DNA of 64,000 nucleotides, taken from positions 8,271-72,270 of the forward strand of contig JBBPZQ010000003.1 in assembly GCA_038198935.1 (NCBI GenBank). Direction: 5' to 3'. Shown piece after piece: positions 21,138 to 30,578 of the stretch (its first letter is position 1; each line of letters starts with the position of its first letter). Made by a program: the position numbers and the translations under genes. The DNA is from Anaerolineae bacterium (lineage in GTDB: Bacteria > Chloroflexota > Anaerolineae > JACRMK01). A model generated the notes under the pieces. That model was not told the DNA's origin. It saw only the letters and a program-made list of their open reading frames with translations, and made no database searches.

Positions 21138-22502
21138 ATGAGCCAAATCGTCCACCCGCACCGTTGGTTACTCCTTATCCTCGCGCTCTACGTCGTACTC
21201 GCGCTCGCGTACAGCGTGCTCACGCCGATGTGGGAGGCACCCGACGAGCCGTCGCATTATGCGTACGCGCAATACTTGCTGACCGAGCGCGCGCTGCCGC
21301 CGCCACAACCACCACAGACCGCGAACTTCTACGAAAAGAATTACGCGGTCTCGTTGTACGAGTGGTATCAGCCGCCGCTGTATTACGCGTTGGTCGCGCT
21401 GCCGGTCTCGCTTGTGCAGTGGCTGCATCCGAGCGCACAGCAATACCCACCGGTCAACTCAGAATTTGCGCGCGGCGCGATCCGTCTGTTCGCCGCGCCT
21501 GCCACTCGCATGCAGGAGATCGTGTTCACGCCTATCGCGCAGCGCGTCGCGCGAATCATCTCCATTGTGCTGGGCTTGCTGACATTGCTTGCCACATATC
21601 GGCTGGCGTGCATCCTCGCGCCGAATGATCCAGCGCTCGCGCTCGCGGCGACGAGCTTCATGGCATTCATCCCGCAGTTCACGTTCATCACGAGTTACGT
21701 CAGCAACGACAATCTGGCAGACTTAATTTCGGCCGCGAGTCTGCTCGCATTCGCGCGCATCCTGAGCGGCATTGATACAGCGCCGTCGAAGGACACCGCG
21801 CGTGACTCACGCGCATCAACCGTGATAGCGGCCGGCTTGCTCGTCGCGCTCGCGCTACTCACCAAACTGACACTGCTGTTCCTGCTACCGCTCGGCGTGC
21901 TCGCGCTGCTGCTGAGACGCACCGCTATCGTCACGTTCGCGCGCGATGCAATGCTTTTTTCACTCGTTTCTTTATCAGTGCCTGCGCTCGCACTGCTCTC
22001 GCCATCTGTGCGAGCACAATTCGATTTCGCGCTCACGTCGCTTCAGGTGCGCGTGGATTATTTATCGTTGCAGTATGTGCTTGCTTTGTTTCCGCTGACC
22101 AATTCTTCGGTGTGGGGACGCTTCGGCTGGATGAATGTGCCAACGCCCATCTGGATGGCAACTGCGCTCGACGTGATTGCGCTCGTGGGGCTATGCGGTT
22201 CGCTGGTGGTGTGGCTGCGCGGCGACGCGCGGCTGCGCCGTCAAATATTATTGTTGCTGTGCGCGTGCCTGCTCGTGCTGCTCGGCTTCCTTCGTTTCAA
22301 CCTTGCGGTGCGGCAGCCGCAAGGGCGATTGCTCTTTCCGGCGCTGTCAGCATTCGTGCTGTTGGTCACGTTTGGCCTGCTGCATCTGGCAGGCCGTTTT
22401 CGTCTAGTCGCCGCGTGCGGCTTGGTGTGCTTCACGCTGGCGCTCAACCTGCTCAGTCTCGTCGGCACACTGCTGCCCGCGTATGTGATAGAATCGCCGT
22501 GA
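21138..22502 (+). CDS. GT-C-like membrane glycosyltransferase (DUF2142/PMT-like)
   Basis: WEAPDEPSH, QPPLYY, SNDNL, QGRLLFP; many TMs. Confidence 0.78.
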   Translation: MSQIVHPHRWLLLILALYVVLALAYSVLTPMWEAPDEPSHYAYAQYLLTERALPPPQPPQTANFYEKNYAVSLYEWYQPPLYYALVALPVSLVQWLHPSAQQYPPVNSEFARGAIRLFAAPATRMQEIVFTPIAQRVARIISIVLGLLTLLATYRLACILAPNDPALALAATSFMAFIPQFTFITSYVSNDNLADLISAASLLAFARILSGIDTAPSKDTARDSRASTVIAAGLLVALALLTKLTLLFLLPLGVLALLLRRTAIVTFARDAMLFSLVSLSVPALALLSPSVRAQFDFALTSLQVRVDYLSLQYVLALFPLTNSSVWGRFGWMNVPTPIWMATALDVIALVGLCGSLVVWLRGDARLRRQILLLLCACLLVLLGFLRFNLAVRQPQGRLLFPALSAFVLLVTFGLLHLAGRFRLVAACGLVCFTLALNLLSLVGTLLPAYVIESP

Positions 22503-22526
22503 GTGAACGAGAGAATGGCAATCAAA

Positions 22527-22561
22527 AACATCAGGGCGAGCCGTTGGCTCGCCCTGATGTT
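22527..22561. terminator. Bidirectional terminator between convergent genes
   Basis: 16-bp stem AACATCAGGGCGAGCC / GGCTCGCCCTGATGTT, 3-nt loop. Confidence 0.8.
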
Positions 22562-22582
22562 CTATAGCTTGCTCGAATGGAG

Positions 22583-24139
22583 TTATCGCCTGATCAACGG
22601 CAGATACAAATTCGACGTTGGATTAGCGATGATGGTGAAGTTGATTGAGTTGTTGCTTGTGTCGCTGTCGGGCGTGCTGTTGTTGGGATCAATAATGGCT
22701 TTGAGGAACAGCGTATTAGTGATATTCGGCAGCAGCACCTGCGTCGTCGTGAGCGCGCCGCAACCGCGCACGTTGTTGACGAGTACCGAGGCAAGCGGCA
22801 TACCATTATCAGCCCGCACAATCGTCAATGGGACCGGTGTCGTCCAATTCTGGTTGCCGCTGTTGCTCATGCGCACGTTGATCGTTGCCGTGAGCGTGCC
22901 CGATCCGTCCGGCTGTCCGAGCGTGTAGCCCACGTTCAACAGCTTGAAGTCGAGCGTGGTCGCGAGCGGCGCGACATAATTTGCCCATGCGATGCCCAAC
23001 GGATTCAAGGTATTAGTAGACGTATAGAACAGCGGCCCGCCATAGTCGTAATCTTGTAGGCTATACCAATACCAGCGCTGAACCAGATGATTGTCGTCGT
23101 TCGCGTAACCAAGCGCGCCGTCCTTGGCGGTGAGCATGTAGTCGAACGTGCCTCGCAGGAAGTTTTGCACGCGCGCTGTCGTCATGTAGATCGGGCCAGA
23201 GCCGTCATCCTCGTAATATCCTTCCGGGCGATCAGGAAACAGCACACCGTACTCGGTGAGCAGCAGCGGCTTGTTCTGCTCGCCCTTGCTCGCCAGCCAT
23301 TGACGGAACCACGTGAGCTGCTGCTTGAAAATATCGAGACTGTCCGCTTGGTTGATTGTATATACGATACCAGTCGTCTCGGAGAGGCCAGCGGGGATAT
23401 CAGCACCCCAAACGCCTGCGACCTCTCTCAGGATATATAAATGCACGTTCCAGACGTCCACGGGCATGCGCGTGCCGTACTTTTGCAGATACGCAGACCA
23501 CACGCGGTCCATGTATTTCAAGCGCAGCGGCGTGATCTCGACCAGACTGCCGTTAGAAATGCGCGCACTCGGATCCGCACTCTTGATCGCTTCATACAGG
23601 TCGTGATACGCAACCGCGTACAACTCTGGCAGAATCTCGTCCTGCCCACAACCACCATTACAATTATCCCAGTCACGTCGCTCAATCTCATTGCCGATGA
23701 TCCACACAGAGCCGCGGTTCGCAGCCGCAATGGACTGGTATAAAGGGATGCTATGCCCCGGCGCAAGCGTATACGTATACGGTACAGCGTAAGGCGCAAG
23801 CGAGAGATAGGTCGAGCCAGTTTTGACTTGATGCAGACGCACTTCTTGAATGAACTCGTAACCGGGATACGGCGAGCCGAGCACGTTGAACTGCAAGTAC
23901 GTGCTCGCGCGCAGTGACGCAAGATCAGTAGAATTCACCCACGTAATACCGGATCCCGCAAAGCCCAAGCGACAGAGCGGACTTGTCGTATCCGCTACCG
24001 TGAGCGTTGTCCGCGCCGCGCTCGTCAGGTCGCCGTCGCTTGCCGAAGATGCCACCGCGTAAAACGACGCGACGCTCACAAGCGCCATTACACATGCCAA
24101 CCACAGCTTTCTGCCTACCAAGAACGTATTCCTTTGCAT
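22583..24139 (-). CDS. Secreted clan GH-A-like glycoside hydrolase with CARDB/Ig-like domain and C-terminal LYLPLIRR motif
   Basis: Signal peptide from ATG 24139; WIIGNE (acid/base), NVHLY, LLLTEYG (nucleophile); DPNN..DSDTSNN. Confidence 0.72.
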   Translation of the reverse strand: MQRNTFLVGRKLWLACVMALVSVASFYAVASSASDGDLTSAARTTLTVADTTSPLCRLGFAGSGITWVNSTDLASLRASTYLQFNVLGSPYPGYEFIQEVRLHQVKTGSTYLSLAPYAVPYTYTLAPGHSIPLYQSIAAANRGSVWIIGNEIERRDWDNCNGGCGQDEILPELYAVAYHDLYEAIKSADPSARISNGSLVEITPLRLKYMDRVWSAYLQKYGTRMPVDVWNVHLYILREVAGVWGADIPAGLSETTGIVYTINQADSLDIFKQQLTWFRQWLASKGEQNKPLLLTEYGVLFPDRPEGYYEDDGSGPIYMTTARVQNFLRGTFDYMLTAKDGALGYANDDNHLVQRWYWYSLQDYDYGGPLFYTSTNTLNPLGIAWANYVAPLATTLDFKLLNVGYTLGQPDGSGTLTATINVRMSNSGNQNWTTPVPLTIVRADNGMPLASVLVNNVRGCGALTTTQVLLPNITNTLFLKAIIDPNNSTPDSDTSNNSINFTIIANPTSNLYLPLIRR

Positions 24140-24198
24140 GTACCCTCTCCGTTCAATTCTTTGATGCGATTCTAACATCAGCACACGCACAAGCCAAA

Positions 24199-24903
24199 TT
24201 ATCGCCGCTGCGAGCGCGCGCGCCACAACACGAATCCAATCACAATCAAGCCCGCGCCCACCAGCAAGCCGACGCAAACGAGCGATGCGCCTTGCCCAAG
24301 TACAGGTGCCGACACTGCCGTTGATGTTGCTGACGGCGTGCTAATCGTCGTGCTTCCGCCGCTCGAGCCGCCGACATCGGCGCTGGGCTGTGCCGTTGCA
24401 CCGCTCGACGAGGTTGCGCTTGGTTCTGCGCTCGTGCCGATCGGCGACAACGTCGCAGCACTCGTGGCAGCACTAGTGCTCCCGCTGGTCGTAGTGCCGA
24501 CACTCGTCGGCACGCTAGTGCCAACGGGCGCGGAGGTGTTAGTGCTCGTCGCCGTCGGCGGCACGGGTGGGTTGCCCGGCGTGTTCGTCAGCGCGGGAGC
24601 AACGCCAGTGTTCGTCGGCGCAGCCGTGTTCCCGGGTGCGCGCGTCGGCGCGTTGGTCGCCTCTGGTGGTTTGGGCGTTGGCGTGTTGGTCGCAGCTGAT
24701 GGTTTGGGCGTACTAGTCGGCGGCACCGGTGTATTGGTCGCGGGTGGCGCTGACGTATTGGTCGGTCTCGCCGTTGGCACCGTCTGCCGATTGGGGCTTT
24801 GCCCGTCGCCTGCCCACGCTTGCTCCGCCCACGGTCCCCACTGATTGAACGCACTGCCGCCGGCCAGCAGCAGCGTCAGCAGCACTACCTTAAATTTTTT
24901 CAT
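24199..24903 (-). CDS. Pro/Thr/Ser-rich secreted protein with C-terminal membrane anchor
   Basis: MKKFK signal; repeated ATNTP/PTNT; APVLG, hydrophobic helix, RARSQRR tail. Confidence 0.75.
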   Translation of the reverse strand: MKKFKVVLLTLLLAGGSAFNQWGPWAEQAWAGDGQSPNRQTVPTARPTNTSAPPATNTPVPPTSTPKPSAATNTPTPKPPEATNAPTRAPGNTAAPTNTGVAPALTNTPGNPPVPPTATSTNTSAPVGTSVPTSVGTTTSGSTSAATSAATLSPIGTSAEPSATSSSGATAQPSADVGGSSGGSTTISTPSATSTAVSAPVLGQGASLVCVGLLVGAGLIVIGFVLWRARSQRR

Positions 24904-24917
24904 CGTACTCTCCCCTC

Positions 24918-26936
24918 TCACGGACGAAACACTAATTCGATTGACGCATCGCTCGCCAAGTTGAGCGCGTAGGAGATGCGCGCACCATCCGCGCTCGATT
25001 CAACACTCGCTCCATCAGCGCGAACGAGCATCGCGCCGCGCGGCAGTGTCACCGTCACGCGCAGTGCATTGGCGAGCGTACCCGGCTGCTTCTGCACCAA
25101 TAGAGTATAGCGATACGCGCCGTCACTCAGTGCACTCACCATGCCGCGCGGCAAATCATATTTGAAGCGCACGTCGTGCAGGCTGTTCTGCGCCACGAAG
25201 AAGAGCGTCGCCCACACACCCTTGCCAGCCTCGCTTGGCAACTGTTCAGGCTCACCCGCTCTGCCCTTCTGATTGAGCAGTACAGAAGGCGCAATTGGCT
25301 CGCGCGTCGCAGCGCGCAGCGTGCTGCCCTGCGGCACATAAAGCCGCAGGAAATCGAGATAACATTGATTCATCAACACATTATAACTGATTTGCGTATC
25401 GTACGGAACCGTGTGCTGCACGCACCCAGGTGGCGTGAGCGAACCGTGATGCTGATAGTGCAGCGTCAGCGTCGCGTGCGCGCTGAATGCCAGCCCGGCG
25501 CGGCGCTGATCCTGCGCCGTCGAAGGGTCGGGCTCGATTGTCACCGCATAATCGAGTGACTCATCCACTAGCGCATTTGCTTTATTGAAGCCAAAGTTGG
25601 AGTCCACCACCATCAGATAATCGCCGTCAGTTGCGCGCAGTGCGCCGTCCCAACTGGTGCTAGCCAAGAGCGGCGCGAGCGTCGGCTCGTCGAGATATAT
25701 TAAGAGATGCCGCTTGCGCAGCGCGGCATAGACCGCGCGCCCGAACGCGACCCAGCTCACGCGCGCGCCGCCAAGCAAGCGCGCTTGCAACGACTTGGCT
25801 AGCGCGCCAATGAAGTTTTTGCGCGAGGCAGCCCAATCGGCCGTCTGCTCGCCGACTTTCGGCGACCACGCGGCGCGCATGTAACCGACCAAGTTGTCGC
25901 CCGTGACAGTGGCGTTGGTCGCGCCCGTCACGTCAATGGGCCCAATCGCCACGACCAGCAGACGCACCATTTCCTGATCGAGTGCGATCACGCCGTCCAC
26001 TCGCTTGTATTGACCGCGCTCGTACAACTGCGCGAGCGTACGCGCTGAGGTCGGGAAGTCGGGCGACCAGTTGCCGTCACGGAACAGCCATTGGTACGCG
26101 AGCATGTAGGTTTCCAGCGGCGCGGGAGCGGGCGGATACACATTGTCGAGATCGTCCACCGCATAGGCATCCATAAAATCGAGCGAGAGAATCTTGCCGC
26201 GCTCCACCGTCAGCGTACCAACCGCGCTAATGTAACCGCCTGTCGCGCGCAACTCTTCTTCGTTTTGGGCAATGAGCAGATAGGTGCGCGCCCCGTCCGC
26301 GCCGAGCAACTGCGGCAGCAGCAATCCGCCATTGATGGCAACCGTGACCAGCGGCCGCACGCGATCGGCTTTCAGCAGCAGTGCACTCACGCGCGCCGAC
26401 AGATTACTCGTGCGCACCTGCGCGCGATACGCCGCCGCGGCGTCGAGGTACGACTTCGCTCGCGCGAATTGCGCTCGCTGCTGCGCGAGTGGCCCGATCA
26501 TCTGCTCGGCGAGTGTGCCCGTCGGAGTCGTACCTTGCTGACTCACGCCCGAGACCAAGGGTGCCCATGCGTCGAACACAATGTCCGCCGCCGCGACCAG
26601 CGCATAGGTGCTGTAAAACAGTGGTGGCATTTCCGCGACATCGCCGCCCACTTGCGGCAACCAGCCGAGCAGCGGACACACGGGAAACAGCCAGCCAATG
26701 TCGCCACCGATATCAGCCAAGTCGGCACGGATCGCGGACAGGTCACCGCGCGCCTGCGCAAGGTCAAGGTTGTCCCCCTGCGTCAATTGCTCGACCCGAC
26801 TGAGTCGAACTTGTAGATCACGCACGTCCCCATAAACGCGCACGACCATGCCGACGAGCGTCAGCGCGATGATGAGCAAGCCGAGCCAGATGAGCGTGCG
26901 TGGGTCGCGCAAGCGCGCGCTAATCCGCGTGCTCAT
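24918..26936 (-). CDS. DUF4012-domain membrane-anchored protein
   Basis: RTYLLIAQNEEELRATGGYI, RDGNWSPDFP, VDSNFGFNKAN, QKQPG. Confidence 0.8.
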   Translation of the reverse strand: MSTRISARLRDPRTLIWLGLLIIALTLVGMVVRVYGDVRDLQVRLSRVEQLTQGDNLDLAQARGDLSAIRADLADIGGDIGWLFPVCPLLGWLPQVGGDVAEMPPLFYSTYALVAAADIVFDAWAPLVSGVSQQGTTPTGTLAEQMIGPLAQQRAQFARAKSYLDAAAAYRAQVRTSNLSARVSALLLKADRVRPLVTVAINGGLLLPQLLGADGARTYLLIAQNEEELRATGGYISAVGTLTVERGKILSLDFMDAYAVDDLDNVYPPAPAPLETYMLAYQWLFRDGNWSPDFPTSARTLAQLYERGQYKRVDGVIALDQEMVRLLVVAIGPIDVTGATNATVTGDNLVGYMRAAWSPKVGEQTADWAASRKNFIGALAKSLQARLLGGARVSWVAFGRAVYAALRKRHLLIYLDEPTLAPLLASTSWDGALRATDGDYLMVVDSNFGFNKANALVDESLDYAVTIEPDPSTAQDQRRAGLAFSAHATLTLHYQHHGSLTPPGCVQHTVPYDTQISYNVLMNQCYLDFLRLYVPQGSTLRAATREPIAPSVLLNQKGRAGEPEQLPSEAGKGVWATLFFVAQNSLHDVRFKYDLPRGMVSALSDGAYRYTLLVQKQPGTLANALRVTVTLPRGAMLVRADGASVESSADGARISYALNLASDASIELVFRP

Positions 26937-28537
26937 GTCCGAAGTCCAATGGCCGATGGCTGATTGCTGACGGCTGATGTAGAGCAGTCCACTTCAAAGG
27001 CGACGACGGACAGGGAAGTCGGGACACAGGACAACACGATCGGCTGTGCCTGCGCGCCGAGCAGATAGAATGGCCGTGTGCAACGATTGTCGGCGATGAG
27101 CGCTGCTACTTGACCATCGTCAGGCACGCGCAGGTCACTGACGCTTGCGCGCAGTTCGTCGCGATACGGTGGGTAAGCCAGCAAGTCTCGATCTATGATG
27201 AGCACGTCGGCGCGCACGCGCAGTGCTTCGGCGTAATACCATAACGTGAACGTCTGCCGATCCGTCACCGTGATGAGCACGGCATTCGGCGGCAAGGCGT
27301 TCAACGTGTCAAGCGCGAATTGTTCGGCGCTGCGATCTTGACTGAGATCGAGCGTGGGCAGTCGCTGCCACGCGGGAATGAGCGTGAGCGCGACCAGCGC
27401 AGCGACTACGCCGCGCTGCCATAGTATGCCGTCGCGCCACGCTGAGAGCAAGTGCAGAGCATCACGCGCGCCGAGCGCAAGCCACCACGCGACGACCATC
27501 CACGCCGCTGTGAGATAGCGCAGCGAGTCTGCGGTGTTGTAGCCGAGCGCGAACACGACGCTCAACAGCGCGAGCAGCGCGGATGCGACCACGAGTTTGC
27601 GATCACGCTGAAACATCTTGAACGCGCCGAGCGCCGCGAGTGCGACACCCCACACTTGAAACTCGGAGAGCAGCATCGCCATGAGCGCGGCAACACGGCG
27701 CGGCAGATCAGCCAGCGGCAGCGCGAACAGGTATCCATGATACAGGTCTGCACTAATATACGTTGCGAGCGACTCAAATGAATTCACGCGGCCCCAATGA
27801 AAATGCGAGCCGAGCAGCGATGCAAGCGGCAGATACGCATACACGCTCACGCCGAGCAGCAAGCCCGCGCACGCGGCGAGCAGCACGCGCCACGGTGGAG
27901 CACAGGCCACAGACTTTGCGGGTTGGCAGCCTGACGCCTGCACTTCAGTTGGCGTCATTGTTAATGAGCGTGCGGCGATCAACGCGATGCTCGGCAGCAC
28001 GAAGATCAACGTGAGATGATTGCCCAAGCCGACGCCCAACATCAACATGCACCACCACGCAGCGCGCGCGCGCTGATACTTGCGCCACCGTAGCGCGAGC
28101 AGAAGCGTGCCGACGATGAAAAACAGATGCAGAGTGTGCACTTCCGCGATCGTCGCCTGCGACCACAGCATCGGCGAGAGCGCGAGCATCAGCACGCCGA
28201 GCAGCGCGCCGGCGTGCGCGTGCCAATTGTCAGTCTCGTCACTCGTGGTGAGCAGGTAGAATAACCCGACGGCGAGACTCGCAGCGAACGCCGACATCAG
28301 ATTCACGCGATAGGCGGCGTCGCCGAACGGCGCGAGCAAAAATAATTTCGATAGCAGCATGTAGGTCGGATAACCCGACGGATGCGGCAGGCTGCCGTTC
28401 ACGCTCGCCGAAACGAAATCGCCACCGTCCGCGCCGTCGTTTCGCAGCGTGAGCGTCGGCGCGAGCGTGCGCGCGTAAAGCGCGAAGGTAGCCGCGAACA
28501 GGAGCAGCGCGACCAGCCAGCGCACTCGCGCGCTCAC
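26933..28537 (-). CDS. DUF2723 / TMEM260-like GT-C membrane protein
   Basis: LYARTLAP..DGGDF, PHPSGYP, AYRVNLMSA, WSQATIAEVH, GLGNH. Confidence 0.8.
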   Translation of the reverse strand: MSARVRWLVALLLFAATFALYARTLAPTLTLRNDGADGGDFVSASVNGSLPHPSGYPTYMLLSKLFLLAPFGDAAYRVNLMSAFAASLAVGLFYLLTTSDETDNWHAHAGALLGVLMLALSPMLWSQATIAEVHTLHLFFIVGTLLLALRWRKYQRARAAWWCMLMLGVGLGNHLTLIFVLPSIALIAARSLTMTPTEVQASGCQPAKSVACAPPWRVLLAACAGLLLGVSVYAYLPLASLLGSHFHWGRVNSFESLATYISADLYHGYLFALPLADLPRRVAALMAMLLSEFQVWGVALAALGAFKMFQRDRKLVVASALLALLSVVFALGYNTADSLRYLTAAWMVVAWWLALGARDALHLLSAWRDGILWQRGVVAALVALTLIPAWQRLPTLDLSQDRSAEQFALDTLNALPPNAVLITVTDRQTFTLWYYAEALRVRADVLIIDRDLLAYPPYRDELRASVSDLRVPDDGQVAALIADNRCTRPFYLLGAQAQPIVLSCVPTSLSVVAFEVDCSTSAVSNQPSAIGLRT

Positions 28538-29940
28538 GGTTGACGCGCCTCATACAGCCGCACGCTGATTTGATAGTAGTTGCTCTCGGTGCGGCGCGTG
28601 TAATGCTGATCGAACCATTGCAACAGGGCCGTGCTGGGCTCGGCGCTCGACCAGATCAGCCACACCCGCCGGCTCTGAGCGAGTAATGTGGGCAGAGAGT
28701 CTGCGCTGTTCGCGGCGATGCCTTCAGCGTGCAGCGCGCCTCGATTGTAATAGTCGAACGGTATCAGCATGTGAGTCGGTTCGAGCAGCACGCGATCGCC
28801 TGTGAGTGCGTGCATGTTTAGATCGGCGGCGACAGCGTGCCATGGCTCTTTCTGGAGCAGCGCGAGCATGAGCAGCACCGCGACCGCGCTGAACGCGAGC
28901 ACGCGCGCGGGACGCACCCACGCTGCGATGTTCTGTTCCAATGCCCATGCTCCCGCCACGCACACGAACGGCAGCCATACCATCAGCACACGTTTTACGG
29001 TCAAGCCTGTTGGAATCAGCATGACGAAGATGCTGACCAGTAATGTTAGCAGTAAGACCGCGATCAGCATCGGGCGAATCCAATATGGCTTGCGCTGACG
29101 CAACCACAAAGCGAGCACGCTACCGACGACGAGCGCAGTGGCGGCGACGAATGCGCCGATGCCAAAATACTGGGCAACAGGTCCGAAGCGAGCGAAAAGA
29201 AATCGAATATCCACAAGCGCCCCAGCATAATTACGAAGCGGCTGCCATAGCGGATAGTAACCCAGCACGACTAGCAATTGTAATCCCATCCATAGCACTG
29301 CGCGCACGGGTGTGAGATTGCGCCCCAGGACGACCATCACGCCGAACGCCGTCGGCAGCCAGAACAGAAAGAACGAGTAATCGCCGTACATGCCGAGCAG
29401 CGCATAAATGACATATGCCAGCGCCCACTTCGGCGACGGCTGCTTCAGCCAGCGAAGCGCGCACAACAGCGAGAGCGCGCCGCAGAAACACACCGCCGCA
29501 TACATGCGCGCTTCCTGCGAGTACCAGATGTGCCATGGTGAGAGTGCGAGCAGCCACGCGGCGATCAGTCCCACACGCGCGCGCGACAGTACTGCGCCAA
29601 TCGCAAACGTGATCGGGATGGTCGCGATGCCCAGCAATGCCGACGGCAGCCGCACCCACCACTCACGGTCGCTCACGCTCAACCAATAGTGCAGCGCTAG
29701 ATAATACAGCGGTGGATGCGGATCAATCGGATTCGTCCATATCGTGAACACATCCTGCTGACTGCGCCACACGCTGAATGCTTCGTCGAGCCACAGACTT
29801 AAATGATTCAGTGTGGCGAGGCGCAGCAGTGTGCCCAGTGCAACCGCCAGCAGCAGCGCATGAGTGCGCGCCCAGCGCACGAGTGTCGTCTGAGCGTCGG
29901 ACCGTGTGAGCGCGAACGGTGTCGTCGCCACGCGCGTCAA
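28534..29940 (-). CDS. GT-C glycosyltransferase (PMT/ArnT-like)
   Basis: SLWLDEA, HPPLYY, YSQEARMY; likely TTG start 29940 with AGGGAG RBS. Confidence 0.82.
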   Translation of the reverse strand: MTRVATTPFALTRSDAQTTLVRWARTHALLLAVALGTLLRLATLNHLSLWLDEAFSVWRSQQDVFTIWTNPIDPHPPLYYLALHYWLSVSDREWWVRLPSALLGIATIPITFAIGAVLSRARVGLIAAWLLALSPWHIWYSQEARMYAAVCFCGALSLLCALRWLKQPSPKWALAYVIYALLGMYGDYSFFLFWLPTAFGVMVVLGRNLTPVRAVLWMGLQLLVVLGYYPLWQPLRNYAGALVDIRFLFARFGPVAQYFGIGAFVAATALVVGSVLALWLRQRKPYWIRPMLIAVLLLTLLVSIFVMLIPTGLTVKRVLMVWLPFVCVAGAWALEQNIAAWVRPARVLAFSAVAVLLMLALLQKEPWHAVAADLNMHALTGDRVLLEPTHMLIPFDYYNRGALHAEGIAANSADSLPTLLAQSRRVWLIWSSAEPSTALLQWFDQHYTRRTESNYYQISVRLYEARQP

Positions 29941-30557
29941 TACGCTCCCTTGCCGCTCAACACTGCGCCGAAGGTCAGCCACAAAATTTTCGTATCGAGC
30001 CACAGCGATTGATGATCCACATAATATAAATCGTATTCGAGATGTTCGTACATCGGCTGCAAGCGGCCGTTGACCTGCCACCAACCCGTCAAACCCGGCT
30101 GCGCATCGAAGCGGCGATGCATTTCGGCGGGATAGCGTTCCAATAGAAACAATTGCTCTGGGCGCGGACCCACCAGACTCATCTCGCCGCGCAGAATGTT
30201 GACGAGTTGCGGCAACTCGTCGAGGCTGGTGCGGCGCAGCCAGCGGCCCACACGCGTGAGGCGCTCGTCGTCGCTGGACGCTGGCTTGATGGCATCGCTC
30301 GATTGATCTATGTACATCGTTCGGAACTTGTAAAAGTTGAAGACTTGCTTGCGGTGGCCCAGTCTTGGCTGACGGAAGACTGCCGCGCCTCGGGAGTCCC
30401 ATTTGATCAGTATGCTAATCAACCCCATCAGCGGCGCGCACAGCACGAGTGCGACGGCGGCGACGACTACATCGAGCGCACGCTTGCACGTGAAGTACGC
30501 GCGGCGCTCCGCGCTCAGGTGGTGCGCTGCGAACAGTGATTGGCTGTGATCCATCAA
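29937..30557 (-). CDS. Priming sugar-phosphate transferase (bacterial sugar transferase domain)
   Basis: [40 protein letters not shown]. Confidence 0.92.
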   Translation of the reverse strand: MMDHSQSLFAAHHLSAERRAYFTCKRALDVVVAAVALVLCAPLMGLISILIKWDSRGAAVFRQPRLGHRKQVFNFYKFRTMYIDQSSDAIKPASSDDERLTRVGRWLRRTSLDELPQLVNILRGEMSLVGPRPEQLFLLERYPAEMHRRFDAQPGLTGWWQVNGRLQPMYEHLEYDLYYVDHQSLWLDTKILWLTFGAVLSGKGAY

Positions 30558-30578
30558 CGTCTTCGTCTCGGCAGACCT

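Noticed and set aside
29941-30402. N-terminal extension of the 28534..30402 ORF (similarly 22583..24277, 10485..11888, 46407..47513, 50005..51585)
   Set aside because: Extensions overlap upstream genes or repeat elements; better starts with RBS or stop-start coupling exist downstream.
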